The notes under the pieces were generated by a model, which worked only from the letters and a program-made list of their open reading frames with translations, was not told where the DNA came from and searched no databases. Both the position numbers and the translations under genes were made by a program. This document shows, in pieces, positions 34,665-49,499 of a DNA stretch of 64,000 bases. Every line of letters starts with the position of its first letter. Positions within the stretch are counted from its first letter, which is position 1. The stretch comes from the human T2T-CHM13v2.0 reference genome, Homo sapiens: assembly GCF_009914755.1 (NCBI RefSeq), contig NC_060935.1, one strand, 5' to 3'.

Positions 34665-37600
34665 CTAGTGCAGACAATTAGCATGATTTCTCCACTCTGG
34701 GCACGTCCCCTTTGTACCACTCGGAGTTTCTCTGCCCGAACACAACCCTGCCAACTTCCCTCTGAATACACAGAGCTCTGTGTATTGCTGGACTTGTTCT
34801 TTCCTCTCCCTCAGACCTGGCATTTTCTAGTTTCCAAGCCCTACATCCCCAGTTTGGAAGCAGGTATCTGCTTAGGAGATAATCTCCAACTCAGGTTCCA
34901 ACATGGGGGGCACCGGCAGCCCAGCAGTTGGTTGCTTGTCTGTGCTGAGCCTCACTACCCAGGGAGATGAGGATCTGGGCTCAGAGCACTGAGCTGGGAC
35001 ACACACTTAACTGGACTTTGTGTCCCAACCTACCCTGTCTCCACCTAACACTCCTTCTCCCTGAGGAGGAGGGTACATGCCAGGACAGACCTCCAATAAG
35101 CTCTGAAAAGGGAGGGAGAAGAGATTTTAAAAAGCTGGGAAGTGAAAGACTCCAGACAACTGCTGAAGAAATGGAAAACCCCTGTTCCATCCCAAAGGAA
35201 GAAGACTGGAAAACAGCTTGAATTCTATTATTGTTACACTTGTCTTTCCGTGGCTTGGAATTTTCTCTTCTATCATAGAATCACATAGATGCTGGACACC
35301 TCTTTCCAGAAGCCACTCTGTTCATTCCCCTGCTTTCAGGCAATTTTCTAGAACATGTCTGAGCAAAATGAAGGTCATCTCCTAACAGCCAGCATCCTAG
35401 GGTTCTGTTACCAGCTTAACAGCCTAGCTGTGCCCTCCTGTTTTGAGGCTGTGAAGAGGAGAAACACTCTAGCTCTACTCTGACCCCCATTCATGTGTTC
35501 ACACCTTTTCATGAGGGCGGCCAAGGGAATGGATGCCTAGTAACTGTGATCTTGGGATGGGCTCGCAACCTCTTTGAGCCTTCAATTTCTCATCTGTAAA
35601 ATGGGGAAAAGAAGAGCTTCCTTGAGGGGAATTGTTGGGAGCGTTGATGGAGATTTGGTACAGAAGAGTACCTAGCAAATCCTTTGTTACAGAGATGATG
35701 TTTTAAACTTTTTAAAAATTGCCTTGTTTCTTTTTTCATTCATGCTGGGATCTTTATATTTTTGGGAGACCAAACTTCACAACTTCCTTCTTGGTCATCC
35801 CTAACCCCTGGTCTTGGTTTTGTAAGTGCAGCAATTATCTCTCTAAATATTCTTTTTACATACTGGAGAAAGCCTGAGTAGGTCAACTTTCTAGAACTGA
35901 AGCATTATTACATAGCCCTTCTGAGCCTCGGCAGAGGGAGAAGAGTTGGGAAGCACTGAACTTCACAGACCTCTCTGAAAACATTCTGAAATATATAAAG
36001 GGGATTCTTTTTTCCTTTTGCATTTCTGTGTTTATGACTTTTCCCTAGACAACTCAAGGCACCTTTCTTCCACTGGAAGAGGTAATGTTATTATAGCAGG
36101 TACACAAAAAGAGTCAATATTCAGCTTCTGACATTTAAAATAGCATTTCAAAGTCCATAGCAAGATGAAAGGCTTAGCCAGTCTTTGTAAGGGACAAAAG
36201 AGCATTCTAATTTCTTTTATCTACCCCTTGACATATCATAGATCAGCCTGTGGACTGGATCACAGAGTCCTTCTGGAGTGTAGATAAATGGCCTCTTTGC
36301 CTGTGATGGCTGGGCCTTGAGGCTTATGGATGGGAGTAAAAGGAGGATGCAGTGTTTGGGAAATAGAAAGCCCGAAGTCTGCCCTTGTTATCCTGAAGCA
36401 CTGTGGAAAGAAAAATGTGCTAGAGGGAGACTAAAAGGATCTAAGTTCTCAATATCCCCACTTCCCCGCCCCAGAGGTGGCTCTTTATACCTGCACAGAA
36501 TTTGCAAGGGCTTCTAGGTGTCCAGAAGCCCTTTAGGAGACTCAGAAGTGCCGAGAGGGTAAAGAACTGGCAGGAAACAGAAGATTGAGCAAAGGCACTG
36601 CCATGTACGGGGATTCTGAGGCCAGAGGCAACAGCTGGGACCACCTACTGCTGTGGTGGGAGCCTCAGGTAGCTCATCAGGCCAGGAAAAAATGTAGACC
36701 CTGAGTAGAGACTGGTGGGAAACCTGAGAATACCACACAGGTCCACAGACACTGTCTCCCCCTGTTGCCACAAGGTTACTTCAGCCACACCATGTATATT
36801 TACCCCAACTCTTATTAGAGAGGAGCTGGGATTGGGAGAGGACATTGGAAAGACTGCTTGAGCAATTGCCTGAGCTGTCCAAGCAGAGACTGAGCTACCT
36901 AAAGACAGTGTGAAAATGGTTGGATCAGACTGGGCTTACTGAGATGGAGTGATATTTTCCTCTGCTACCCTGGGGGCGGTGAGAGGTTCATGTGGAAGAT
37001 CACAGCAACTACAAAGACATAAAGGCCTTCCCTTTCCTTTGTACGTTGGAATGTATGAGGAGTAATTTTGCAATCTTGCTTCCAGCGACTGAGTAGGCCT
37101 TTAGAAACTTATAATCATCTACTTATGTGCCTTTCTCTCCTAAGAAACAGAGAGCTCTTTGATTTAAGAGCTGTCTTATTTGTCTCTCTGTCTATAGTAC
37201 CGAATACGGGGCAGGCACATAGTAGGTGCTCAATAGGCAGTTGGCAAATATTGAATGGATAAGCCCTTGCCTTAGTTCCTTTAGAGGGCTTCTCAAGCAG
37301 CTGGACAACTGGGGGTTGGGGGAGCAAGCAAGGGAGTGAGGCCACAGTTTGTGGACACATATGAGGCATCCCTTGGGAATTCCCAGAAATAACCGGGGCT
37401 CACTTTGAGTGGGGACACTGATCCAATAGGCAATTGATTTACAGAAAGATAAAGTAACAGCCTCACACATGACACAAAGTGTTTATCTCAGCTGTCTTGG
37501 CTCGCCTTATGTTATCCTTCCTTGTGTTCTTTGAGTTTTTTCCTCTGGGTGTGTCTGTCTCATGATTGTTGATGATGCTGGCTTTTTTTTTTTTAAGGGA

Positions 37601-39199
37601 TATTCCGACTATTAATGTTACATTTCTTTAATGTCAAAAATATATTTATATTTGTTAGTCCGCATGTCCAATTTTTGGATCAGAAAGTGTGGTTATTGCG
37701 GCCATTTCCTCATGAGCCTGCAAGCCTCTCTGGAGCAGGGAACGTAATTCTTCATTCCTCTGGATCTCCCCATGGGGCCCAATTCTGAGCTCTGCATAAT
37801 GAGGCTGCTCCAACAATGGTGTCGACATGAACTGCTTGACTGATGGCAGTCATCCCTTGCTCAGCCAAGGCCCACCACCCTGCCTTCTCTGAGCACTCTG
37901 ACAGATTCATTTCCGAGGGCACTGTCCTCTTCGGAGCAGCATAGCCCAGTTCTCTTGGCCCCTTCACTGCACACAGTTACTTCAGAATACTCCTTATTTG
38001 GAAACCCCTCTGGGGCTCTGGAATCTGGACTCCTATCCCCTGCAACAGTGGCAGCCCTGGCTGCTGGTACTCACAACTCTGCACTGAGCACCCAGACAGA
38101 GCTCCTGCAGCTCAGGATGGAGCGCCTCAACACACATGCATCCACCAGCAGAAACTCAGAAGTATCTGTCTCTAGAATGGGAGGAAGGAGGAAGGTAGTG
38201 ATTTTAACCGAATCACCATTCGATGCAAACCTCTGTGAGAGCTGGCCAAAACAACAAATAAACAAACAAAAAAGGAGGCTAAGAAGTTGTAAAACTGAAC
38301 TCTGTCTTCCAAGAACTGAAGGTCTTGTAACAGTCACAGAGCAGTGGACTCACTGTGCAGCAAGAGACACTTATGATAACCTTTGTCTCACTTCTCCATT
38401 TTTTCAGATGAGGAAACCAAGGAGTAGTGGGGTTAAGTAATTTGCCCAAAGGTAAATGGCTATCTACTGATGGACCCTGGACTCCCGATGTTACTTAAAA
38501 GCAAATGGACAAGCAAAAATCATTTAAAAAATTAAATTACTTAATAGTAAAGGCAAGAAAAAATAACACACATGAATGACATGTGAATAAGTACCATTTT
38601 AAATAATTCTACTATTAGAAGTAAGAGTGTCCCCACCCACCTGGCCTGTTCCTCTGTCTCCAGGGAATAATGATAATACTATAAGAGAGGTTTAGAAATC
38701 GCCCTTACTAATAATATCCCATCAGTGGTGATTTTTATGTTTAGCATGCCTCCTCCTCCCCTCCATTCACTACCTGTTATTAATTGAGCCATATCCATCT
38801 CCTCCACTAAATTGTGAATCATTGTTGGTAGCAGAATGAGAAAAAGCCTTCCAACCAATGGCACCAAAATTCCTGTGAGTGAGGGAATTTTCTTTAGCAA
38901 GAAAGATATCTTGATATGCTACATGAAGTAGAAGGTAAGACCTTGAGCATTAAGAGTCAAGGAACAAAAAGATAAATTGCTCCTCGTTAGAAATAAACAG
39001 GAATTTGGGGGCAAGGAAAGTGCAAAGTGGAGAGAGATGAAGACAGGAAGAGGGGATGGTGGGGAATTGAAGAAAATTTAAGAGCAGCTTGCATTGTTAC
39101 ACTGTATACCTCCCCTCCTTTGTCTTCTTCAAAACTTCAACTTGAAGAAAACTTCTTCAAAATTTTACTACACTCAAATGCAGTATGTGTGTGTGCTTC

Positions 39200-39960
39200 T
39201 AGCCAATAAAATATGGCAAAGGTGATGGGATAGGCACTCTCTTGATTAGGTTACAATATGGAAGACACAGACCAGAGAGAGATTGTCTAGTGTACCACCA
39301 TGGCATGAGAGGCCCCTGTGGCAAGGAACTGCTGGCCTCCTCCAGGAGTTGAGAGCAACTGTCAGTCAACAGCTAGCAAAGAAAAAAAAAAAAAAAAAGA
39401 AAAAGGAACCTCAGTGCTACAACCACAAGGAACTGAATTCTTCCAACAACCATATGAGTTTGGAAGAGGACCCCCCCAGGCTCCAGAAAGGAACTTGGAC
39501 AGCTGATACCTTAATTGAAGTCTGGTGCGAGACCCTGAGCAGCAGATCTATCTAAGCTGTGCGTGAACTCCTGACCCAAAGAAACTGTAAGAAAATAAAT
39601 GTATGCTGCCAGGCATGGTGGCTCATGCCTGTAATCCCAGCACTTTGGGAGGCTGAGGCAGGCAGATGGCTGGAGTTGGAGACCAGCCTGGGTAACATGG
39701 CAAAACTCCGTCTCCACAAAAAAATACAAAAAATTAGCTGGGCATGATGGTATGTACCTGTAGTCCCAGTGACTCTGGAGGCTGAGGTGAGAGGATCCTT
39801 TGAGCCCAGGAGGTTGAGGCTCCAGTGAGCTGAGATTGTACCATTGCACTCCAGCCTGGGTGACACAGCCAGCATCTGTCTCAAATAATAATAAAACATG
39901 TATGCTGTTTTAAGCTGCTAAATGTGCAGTATGTGTTATGTAGCATAGAAAATGAATACA
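39200..39960 (+). mobile_element. MaLR MLT1 LTR interrupted by AluJ (about 39607-39895)
   Basis: MLT1 motifs (ggaacctcagtgctacaaccacaaggaactgaattc); Alu flanked by repeated atgtatgctg. Confidence 0.75.
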
Positions 39961-40869
39961 ATTAGCATGTGTGCATTTATACTGACACAGAGGACTGAGT
40001 TCCAGGTTTGGTACAACACGGTATGGAAAAAGGACGGCATATGTAGAACTGTGAAATGAGCTCTAAACTGACTAATTCAGCTGAAGCAGGAGTATGGAGT
40101 CAGGGATGATCCTGAAAACCTAGGCCTTCAAAAATTTGAAGAAATATTGGTATCTTAGTTTGGGTTTCCTCAGAGGCAGATCCTAAGTTAACAAGTCAAA
40201 TAGTTTATCCAAAAGGTAATTACAGCCAAACCAGGCAGTATATTGGGGGAATGAAACTGGAAGGAAAGGAAGCCAGTAAAGGCTGCATATGAAGCAAATC
40301 ACTATTGTGGGCAGCTAGAGCTTATTCCTCTTGGGAGCCCTAGGTGGTAGTAAAGAATATGCCTCCTAGGGGATAGGGAGCTGGGGTATTTATCCACCAA
40401 CTGCCATCAGATATGAGCTAAGGGGCTGCTTCTGAGGGGTAAGGAGATATTAATTTCTGAGGCTTCTTACCTCCCTCTTCTAACTGCTCTCTCTCTCTAT
40501 ATATATATGTGTGCGTGTGAGAGAGAGAGAAAGAGAGAAAGTGCTACTCTGCATTTGACTGTGTCAACCACTATATATATAGATATTTGCTTATTTATTT
40601 CTTCCAACCACATCTTACAAACAAGAAAACAAACTTCTGAGAGGTCAGCAGCTTGTTGAAGTCATATAGCTGTTAAGTGACAAAATTTGGATTGGATCCC
40701 AGACAGATCACCAAAAAAGCTTAGGGTTTGACCAACCCCTAATGCACCAGTAGGAATTCCTCCTCCTGGTATAAGCTTTTACCCTCCAGGACCTACTCCC
40801 TGACTAAGCTCTGGATATGAAGCAGCCCTCTCTCCCCACTCCTTGGGCCTTCTAGTATTGGTGAAGGTA

Positions 40870-40872
40870 TTT

Positions 40873-40904
<32 letters not shown>

Positions 40905-41062
40905 TTTTTTTTTTTTTTTTTGAGATGGAGTCTCACTCTGTCACCCAGGTTGGAGGGTTTCACCATCTTGGCCAGGCTGGTCTTGAACTCCTGACCTCGT
41001 GATCCACCCACCTCGGCCTCCCAAACTGCTGGGATTACAGGTATGAGCCACTGTGCCTGGCC
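40870..41062 (-). mobile_element. Internally deleted AluS with (TTTC)n tail
   Basis: Right-arm end joined directly to the left arm at caggttggag|ggtttcacc. Confidence 0.85.
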
Positions 41063-42489
41063 TAGTGATGAAGTTATTTTCATTTTTATTTTTTGTTGTA
41101 TAAATCTATATGCAAATGGTACTGGTGTTGTCTCTACCATAAGTTTGATTTCTCCTAATGGACAGAGGACGCAGGAGGCAAACACCAGCCAGAGAATTTG
41201 TAGAGCTGCAGCACATTGCCTGGGAAACAACGAGATTGTATGAGGCTTTGTGTTGAGAGGAGGCAGGGCCCAGCTCCTACAGCAAGCTCTGAATAAGAGA
41301 CAGATTAGCTAGCTCCCTTCGGAACAAAACAAGCTTTCTGTATGCCTGGACAGTGAGGAATGGCCCTCCCCAAGAACATTTTCTTTTCTATTCGTTCTCT
41401 TTCTAAAGTTCTCCTAGGTGGCCCTACTCTGGGGGCCTCAGAAAAACATCAAATAGAAAGTAGAAATGGAGTCAAAAGGCTCCTTCATCCTGAAATTGGT
41501 TTTGCTGGCTGCAGATTTCTGTAAACATGAAGAGTTACTCAGATGAAAAGGGTTCTGCAGAGATATGGTGTCTCCACAAGATGTGGAGTTTGTTGGGAGA
41601 AATACATGATCCTGGGAGTGGCATGGGGTCCTGGGTAAATTTTGGAAGGGCAGCAAGGAGGGGCTCCCATTTCTCTGCTGAAAACAGGAGAACATCAAAG
41701 TCTTTTATACTGAGAGTAAATATTTGATTTTTGAATAGAATTCCGGCCTCCTCAGAAAGTGAGAGGGACTCAGGCTTGTGTCCATGGTTGCTAAACGTGC
41801 TCTATTCAGCCACTCTCCAGAGGAACAAAGAGGAGAAATTAATTGGTATTAAAGGGCTGGAAAGATCCAGCTTTTGCTGACCTATTTAAGATGCAGCAAG
41901 GACATTCTGGAGAATATCTCTGGAGTTCTGTTCTTGTAAAGCTTCAGTGCTTAAATACAAACAGGTTGAAAAATCATGGGGAAGCCACAAATTACACCCC
42001 AACTCATGAAAGCCTTCACTGTTTCCCTTCTCCTAGATCCTCAGATGGTGTCCACCCACCAACCGTGTCAGGGGAAGGATTCGCTGCCCTCTGCCGTCGT
42101 TCACCCTCCTACCAAAGAGGGAGGCTCAGAAATGGGAATCAGCTGGCCAGCATCTGATAATTGCCTACTGTGTGAAGAACACTCTATGTTCCAAACATTA
42201 ATAAAAGTGGTGGGATGTGGAAGAGGAGGAAGGCGGCACATTCAAAAGTAATAGACGACACCATCCCTGGATCCCTGTCTAGGAGCTGAAATATATTATA
42301 GCTGGGAAGGCTGCACCTACATCTATAAGCAAGTATAATTGATAAAACATTTGCATTGCCCTTTACAAATTATCTTTTAGAATATTATTTTATTTAGCCT
42401 TCTAACAACGCTGTGCAGTGGGATTTTTTTTTCCATTTTTCAAGGAGGATCATGAAGCTTAGAGAGGTTAAATAACCTGCTCCAAGTCA

Positions 42490-42662
42490 CACATTTTACA
42501 AGTTGGCACAGCCTAGACTCAACTGTGCTTCCTGTCTAATGTTCATAATGCTGTACCCCTGAAAGAGGTTTCCTTCACATTTGCAAGTTGGCACAGCTTA
42601 GACTCAGCTGTGCTTCCTGTCTAGTGTTCATAATGCTGTACCCCTGAAAGAGGTTGCCTTCA
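42490..42662. repeat. 85-bp tandem duplication
   Basis: caagttggcacagc...gaaagaggtt(t/g)ccttca starts at 42499 and at 42584, with about 5 differences. Confidence 0.9.
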
Positions 42663-44309
42663 GCCAGGCCCAGAAGTAAAAACTAAGTAGGAAAAGGAGA
42701 GTTCTGAGACAAGATGTGAGAAAAGGGATCAGGCAGGTGACAGGACCATAAAAAAAAAAAAAAGCTTAGTAAGCAAGGGAAACTGGGCCCCCACAGGTTA
42801 GGCCAGGGACACTAAGAAGATAGATTTGTGATACACAGGATTCAATATGGGGAGGGACCACATTTCTTAAAAGGAGGCCCTAGCTAAGTTGTCAGCAGAG
42901 GTGTCTTGAAGACAGCCCCCAATTTTCCCCTTGTTGCAGTACTTACAGGATTTGGCTTTGTCTAGTTTAAAGATCCATGCCAAAGTCAGGCCTCCAAGAT
43001 TCTGCATCTGGTTTGTGGCCCGACAAACTAAGGAATGTGATTTGTCAAGATCATTTGATTGTAAGTGACTGAAGTTCAACTGGAACTATCTGAAGCAAAA
43101 AGGGAAGAATTTCTTGCATTATGTAACAAAATTTTTCAGGGAGCAGGAATAATTGGAAATAAGACAGTATTTTATATCTGTGCTGTCAAATATAGTAGCC
43201 ATTAATTAGCCCCGTGTGGCTAGTGGGACTGAGGAAATACATTATAAATTTCATTTAATTGTAATTAAACTTAACACATGTATCTAGTGGTTAACATATT
43301 GGACAGTGCAGCTTGTCATGCGGGCAGGAGAAGAAGACTCTTGATGGAACTAGTTAAAAAATAATCTTGGCAAAAGGCCATGGCTTAGGTCACATGCACA
43401 GCTCTGGATCAATCACTGTAGCAAGGAGACTAGAACACTATCCCAGGCTGGGCCATGTACTTAACCCCACAGTCACAGGTGGGGCCATTACTAGAAAAAG
43501 CGGGAGAAGGGATGCTGGGAAGACAAATCAAAATCTTCTAAGGTTTTATGACTCTATCTTGCTTCCTAAAAAAAAGTTAGCAAGCATTTACTGAAAGTCT
43601 ATTATGCATGATATATTTTACATATGTAACATTACTTCTCACAAAACACAAACAAACCCTCAAGGGTCAATTGTTATTACATATGTTACATATCTAGAAA
43701 TAAAGACTTGGATAATGTGACTTGACCACAGATAGTAAATTGCAGAACTGGAACATAAACCCAAGTTTAGCTCTAAAACCCCTTTCTCCACTGTAATATG
43801 CTATCCCCAAAGATTTGGGATATAGAGAATGTGACTATTAATAGTAGATAATTTAAATAATCATAGCTGAACACACACAAATGAATAACTTGGCTTTCTC
43901 CAAATAGTTATCTAGAAAGCCTTACTGCTTTTTTTAAAATAAAATCTATTTCCATTTATTTTTATTGTGGTAAAATATATAAAATATACAGTTTATCATT
44001 TTAACTTTTTAAGGTGTCCATTTCAGTGGGATTTACTACATTCACGTTGCTGTGCAGCCATGACACTCTCTTCTCCAGAACTTTTTCCTCTTATTTTCTT
44101 TTTTAAGGCCTCATGTCTTACACCTTTTAAGGGTTACATTTTTTAAATTCCTTTTTAAAAGTTGCTTTTAGAGCCTGCAACATATTTTTTAAGTATCTTT
44201 AATGATTACAATTTTTATACTTCAAGAGATTTTTTTTTAAAATCAAGCATAGAGTGAATAATATAAGTAACAAGGATAGATAAAATAATTTTGGCTAAAA
44301 CTAGCTTTA

Positions 44310-44536
<227 letters not shown>

Positions 44537-45779
44537 CTACCTTAGTCAAGCTTCTTTGGCTTCAAAGAATAGATATCCCAGTGAAGTACCATCAACCATC
44601 AGAGGAGAGGCATATTGCAGGAATACATAAGACCTGGATCTGGAATTGAAGGGCTCAGTTTTGAGGCCGCTCCAGGAACCAATTTTTGTAGGTAGCTCTG
44701 ACTCATTCTGCTCGTCTCTTTTAGTCTCTAATATTTACCAATGGACTTATCTCAGAGCTTGTCTATGGTCTACGTTACAAATAATATAAAACCTAATGTA
44801 AATTGGCATTAATAATAAAGAACTTTATTGGCTTATGTATTTGGAAAGACTAGAGATGGGGTAGCATTGAGATAATTCAGAGGCTCAACAGTGTCAACAG
44901 GGAACAGAAAGAAGGACTTATTTATTTATTTATTTATTTCTAAGATAGAGTCTCGCTCTGTCGTGGAGGGAGTAGACAGCCAAAAAGCCCTTCCTTGGAA
45001 GATCTGGATAGTGCATCTCTCAACTTCCTAGATGAATACTTGGTAATGTAGAGAGATGCTGAAATCCCTGTTAATTTTCTTTTAATCACACACCAAGAGT
45101 AAGGAGAAAAAGACTTCTGCATCCATGGTAAAACTAGAGAATCTTTTGCAATAAGTAGTACAGCAGATGCTATTGAGAAAACTGGGCTTAACTGCAGCAA
45201 TCTGCTATTGGTGCCATTTACAGTGAAATGCTACTGCAGAAACCTGGTCTGCACAGGCAAGCAGAAGGACTCTCTAGTTATCCTAGTTAGAAAGGTTATT
45301 TTGAGAGGTGGATAAGGAGGAGGAAGAAAAAGGACAGTGCTATGGTCCATTTTCAGGAAATAGCCCAGAATATCAGTTAGCCTTGGAACACCCTGCTGAA
45401 ACTTGGGAGACAGGCTGAAAGTGGCCATGACTCAGCTGCCTGAGGCTTCATTCCCCAAAATCCAGTTCCCCTGAGAGTAGAGATAGGCAGGTTTCTCACT
45501 TCTATAGATGTTCTCCTTAGGCTATGCCCTGAGAACTGACATGTGACCAAGTTTTCTAATTTGTTACAGGTGTGGGTCAGCCAGCAACAAATAGGAAAGT
45601 AGTGACCAAAAATGCAAATTGCTCCCTCATGCTCATGAAACAATCAGTTCTGTGTGGGGTGGACTGCTGCCAAGGACCCAGTGACTCGGGGCTTTGTGCA
45701 GACATGTCCAGGGATCCCCCAGACACAGAAAAGGGATTATATCCAACTCCGATGAGGAGTGCTCTGGAGCAGGGCCTCA

Positions 45780-46350
<571 letters not shown>

Positions 46351-46472
46351 CTAACAACACTTCTTCCCAAGTGTTGGTGTGTGAGTATGTGTCTGTGTAT
46401 GGAGGTGTGCAATTCAACCTCTCTGTTGCCTTCTCAAGTATTAGGTTGGTGCAAAAGTAATTGGGGTTTTGG

Positions 46473-47783
46473 TACCAGCCACTGCAAAAACATACCAAAT
46501 TGTAAAGACCATGAACACTGTGAAGAAACTGCATCAACTAATGGGCAAAATAACCAGCTAGCGTCATAATTTGACAGGATCAAATTCACACATACAATAC
46601 TAACCTTAAATATAAATGGGCTAAATGCCCCCACTGAAAGATACAGACTGGCAAATTGGATAAAGAGTCAAGACCCATCAGTGTGCTGTACTCAGGAGAC
46701 CCATCTCATGTACAAAGACACACATAGGCTCAAAATAAAGGAATAGGGGAATATTTACCAAGCAAATGGAAAGCAAAAAAAAGCAGGAGTTGCAATCCTA
46801 GTCTCTGATAAAACAGACTTTAAACCAACAAAGATCAAAAGAGACAAAGAAGAGTATTACATAATGGTAAAGGGATCAATACACCAAAAAGAGCTAAATA
46901 TCCTAAATATATATGCACCCAATACAGGAGCACCCAGATTCATAAAGCAAGTTCTTAGAGACCTACAAAGAGACTTAGACTCCCACACAATAATAGTGGG
47001 AGACTGTAACACTCCATTGTCAATATCAGACAGATCAATGAGACAGAAAATTAACAAGGATATTCAGGACTTGAACTCAGCTCTGGATCAAGCACACCTA
47101 ACAAACATCTACAGAACTCTCCACCCCAAATCAACAGAATATACATTCTTCTCAGCACCACATCGCACTTATTCTAAAATTGACCACATAATTGGAAGCA
47201 AAACACTCCTCAGCAAATGCAAAAGAACGGAAATCATAACAGTCTTTCAGACCATGGTACAATCAAATTAGAACTCAGGATTAAGAAATTCACTCAAAAC
47301 CGCACTACATGGAAACTGAACAACCTGCTCCTGAATGACTACTGGGTAAATAATGAAATTAAGACATTAATAAATAAGTTATTTGAAACCAATGAGAACA
47401 AAGACACAATGTACCAGAATCTCTGGGACACAGCTAAAGCCGTGTTTAGAGGGAAATTTATAGCACTTAAATGCCCACAGGAGAAAGTGGGAAAGATGTA
47501 AAATTGACACCCTAACATCACAATGAAAAGAGCTACAGAAGCAAGAGCAAATAGCAGAAAACAAGAAATAACTAAGATCAGAGCAGAACTGAAGGAGATA
47601 GAGACAGGAAAAACTCTTCAAAAAATCAAGGAATCCAGGAGCTGGTTTTTTGCAAAGATTAACAAAAAAGATAGACTGATGACAGGTTGATGGGTGCAGC
47701 AAACCACTATGGCACATGTATACCTATGTAACAAACCTGCATGTTCTGCATGCGTATCCCAGAACTTAAAGTATAATAAAAAA
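46473..47783 (+). mobile_element. Internally deleted L1PA (ORF1 end, ORF2 endonuclease, then 3' UTR end and poly(A))
   Basis: ORF 46864..47271 (ILNIYAPNTGAPRFIKQVL...YSKIDH); abrupt jump near 47678 to the 3' UTR; about 20-bp TSD at 46453-46472 and 47784-47803. Confidence 0.9.
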
Positions 47784-47848
47784 AAAAGTAATTGTGGTTT
47801 TGGACCATGAATTTTAAGTGATTATAACTAGGCTCAGATATATTTTTA

Positions 47849-49198
<1,350 letters not shown>

Positions 49199-49499
49199 AG
49201 TCTAAAATAAACATAAACAGCAAGAAGTCATTAGCAAAAAAAAAAAAAGTGAGAAATGCCCATTAAACTGACGTATAACATAACCACATTTATTCAAGCA
49301 TGTATTCCAACATCAAATGGCAAATTCCAACAATGAAAAACCACAATAACTTTTGCACTCACCTAATAGTAGCTGTTTTCTGTTCCTTGCCCCTCTGGGT
49401 GGAGGTGGGATGGGTTTCCTTCTTGCTATTCAGTTACTCAGTGCTTTTGCTAAACCACATCCTCCCTTTTTCTTAACCTCACCTCCAACTTTGAACCTC

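Noticed and set aside
37955-38440. 161-aa + strand ORF
   Set aside because: Non-ATG start, ends in MIR-derived sequence (FFQMRKPR), no recognisable domain.
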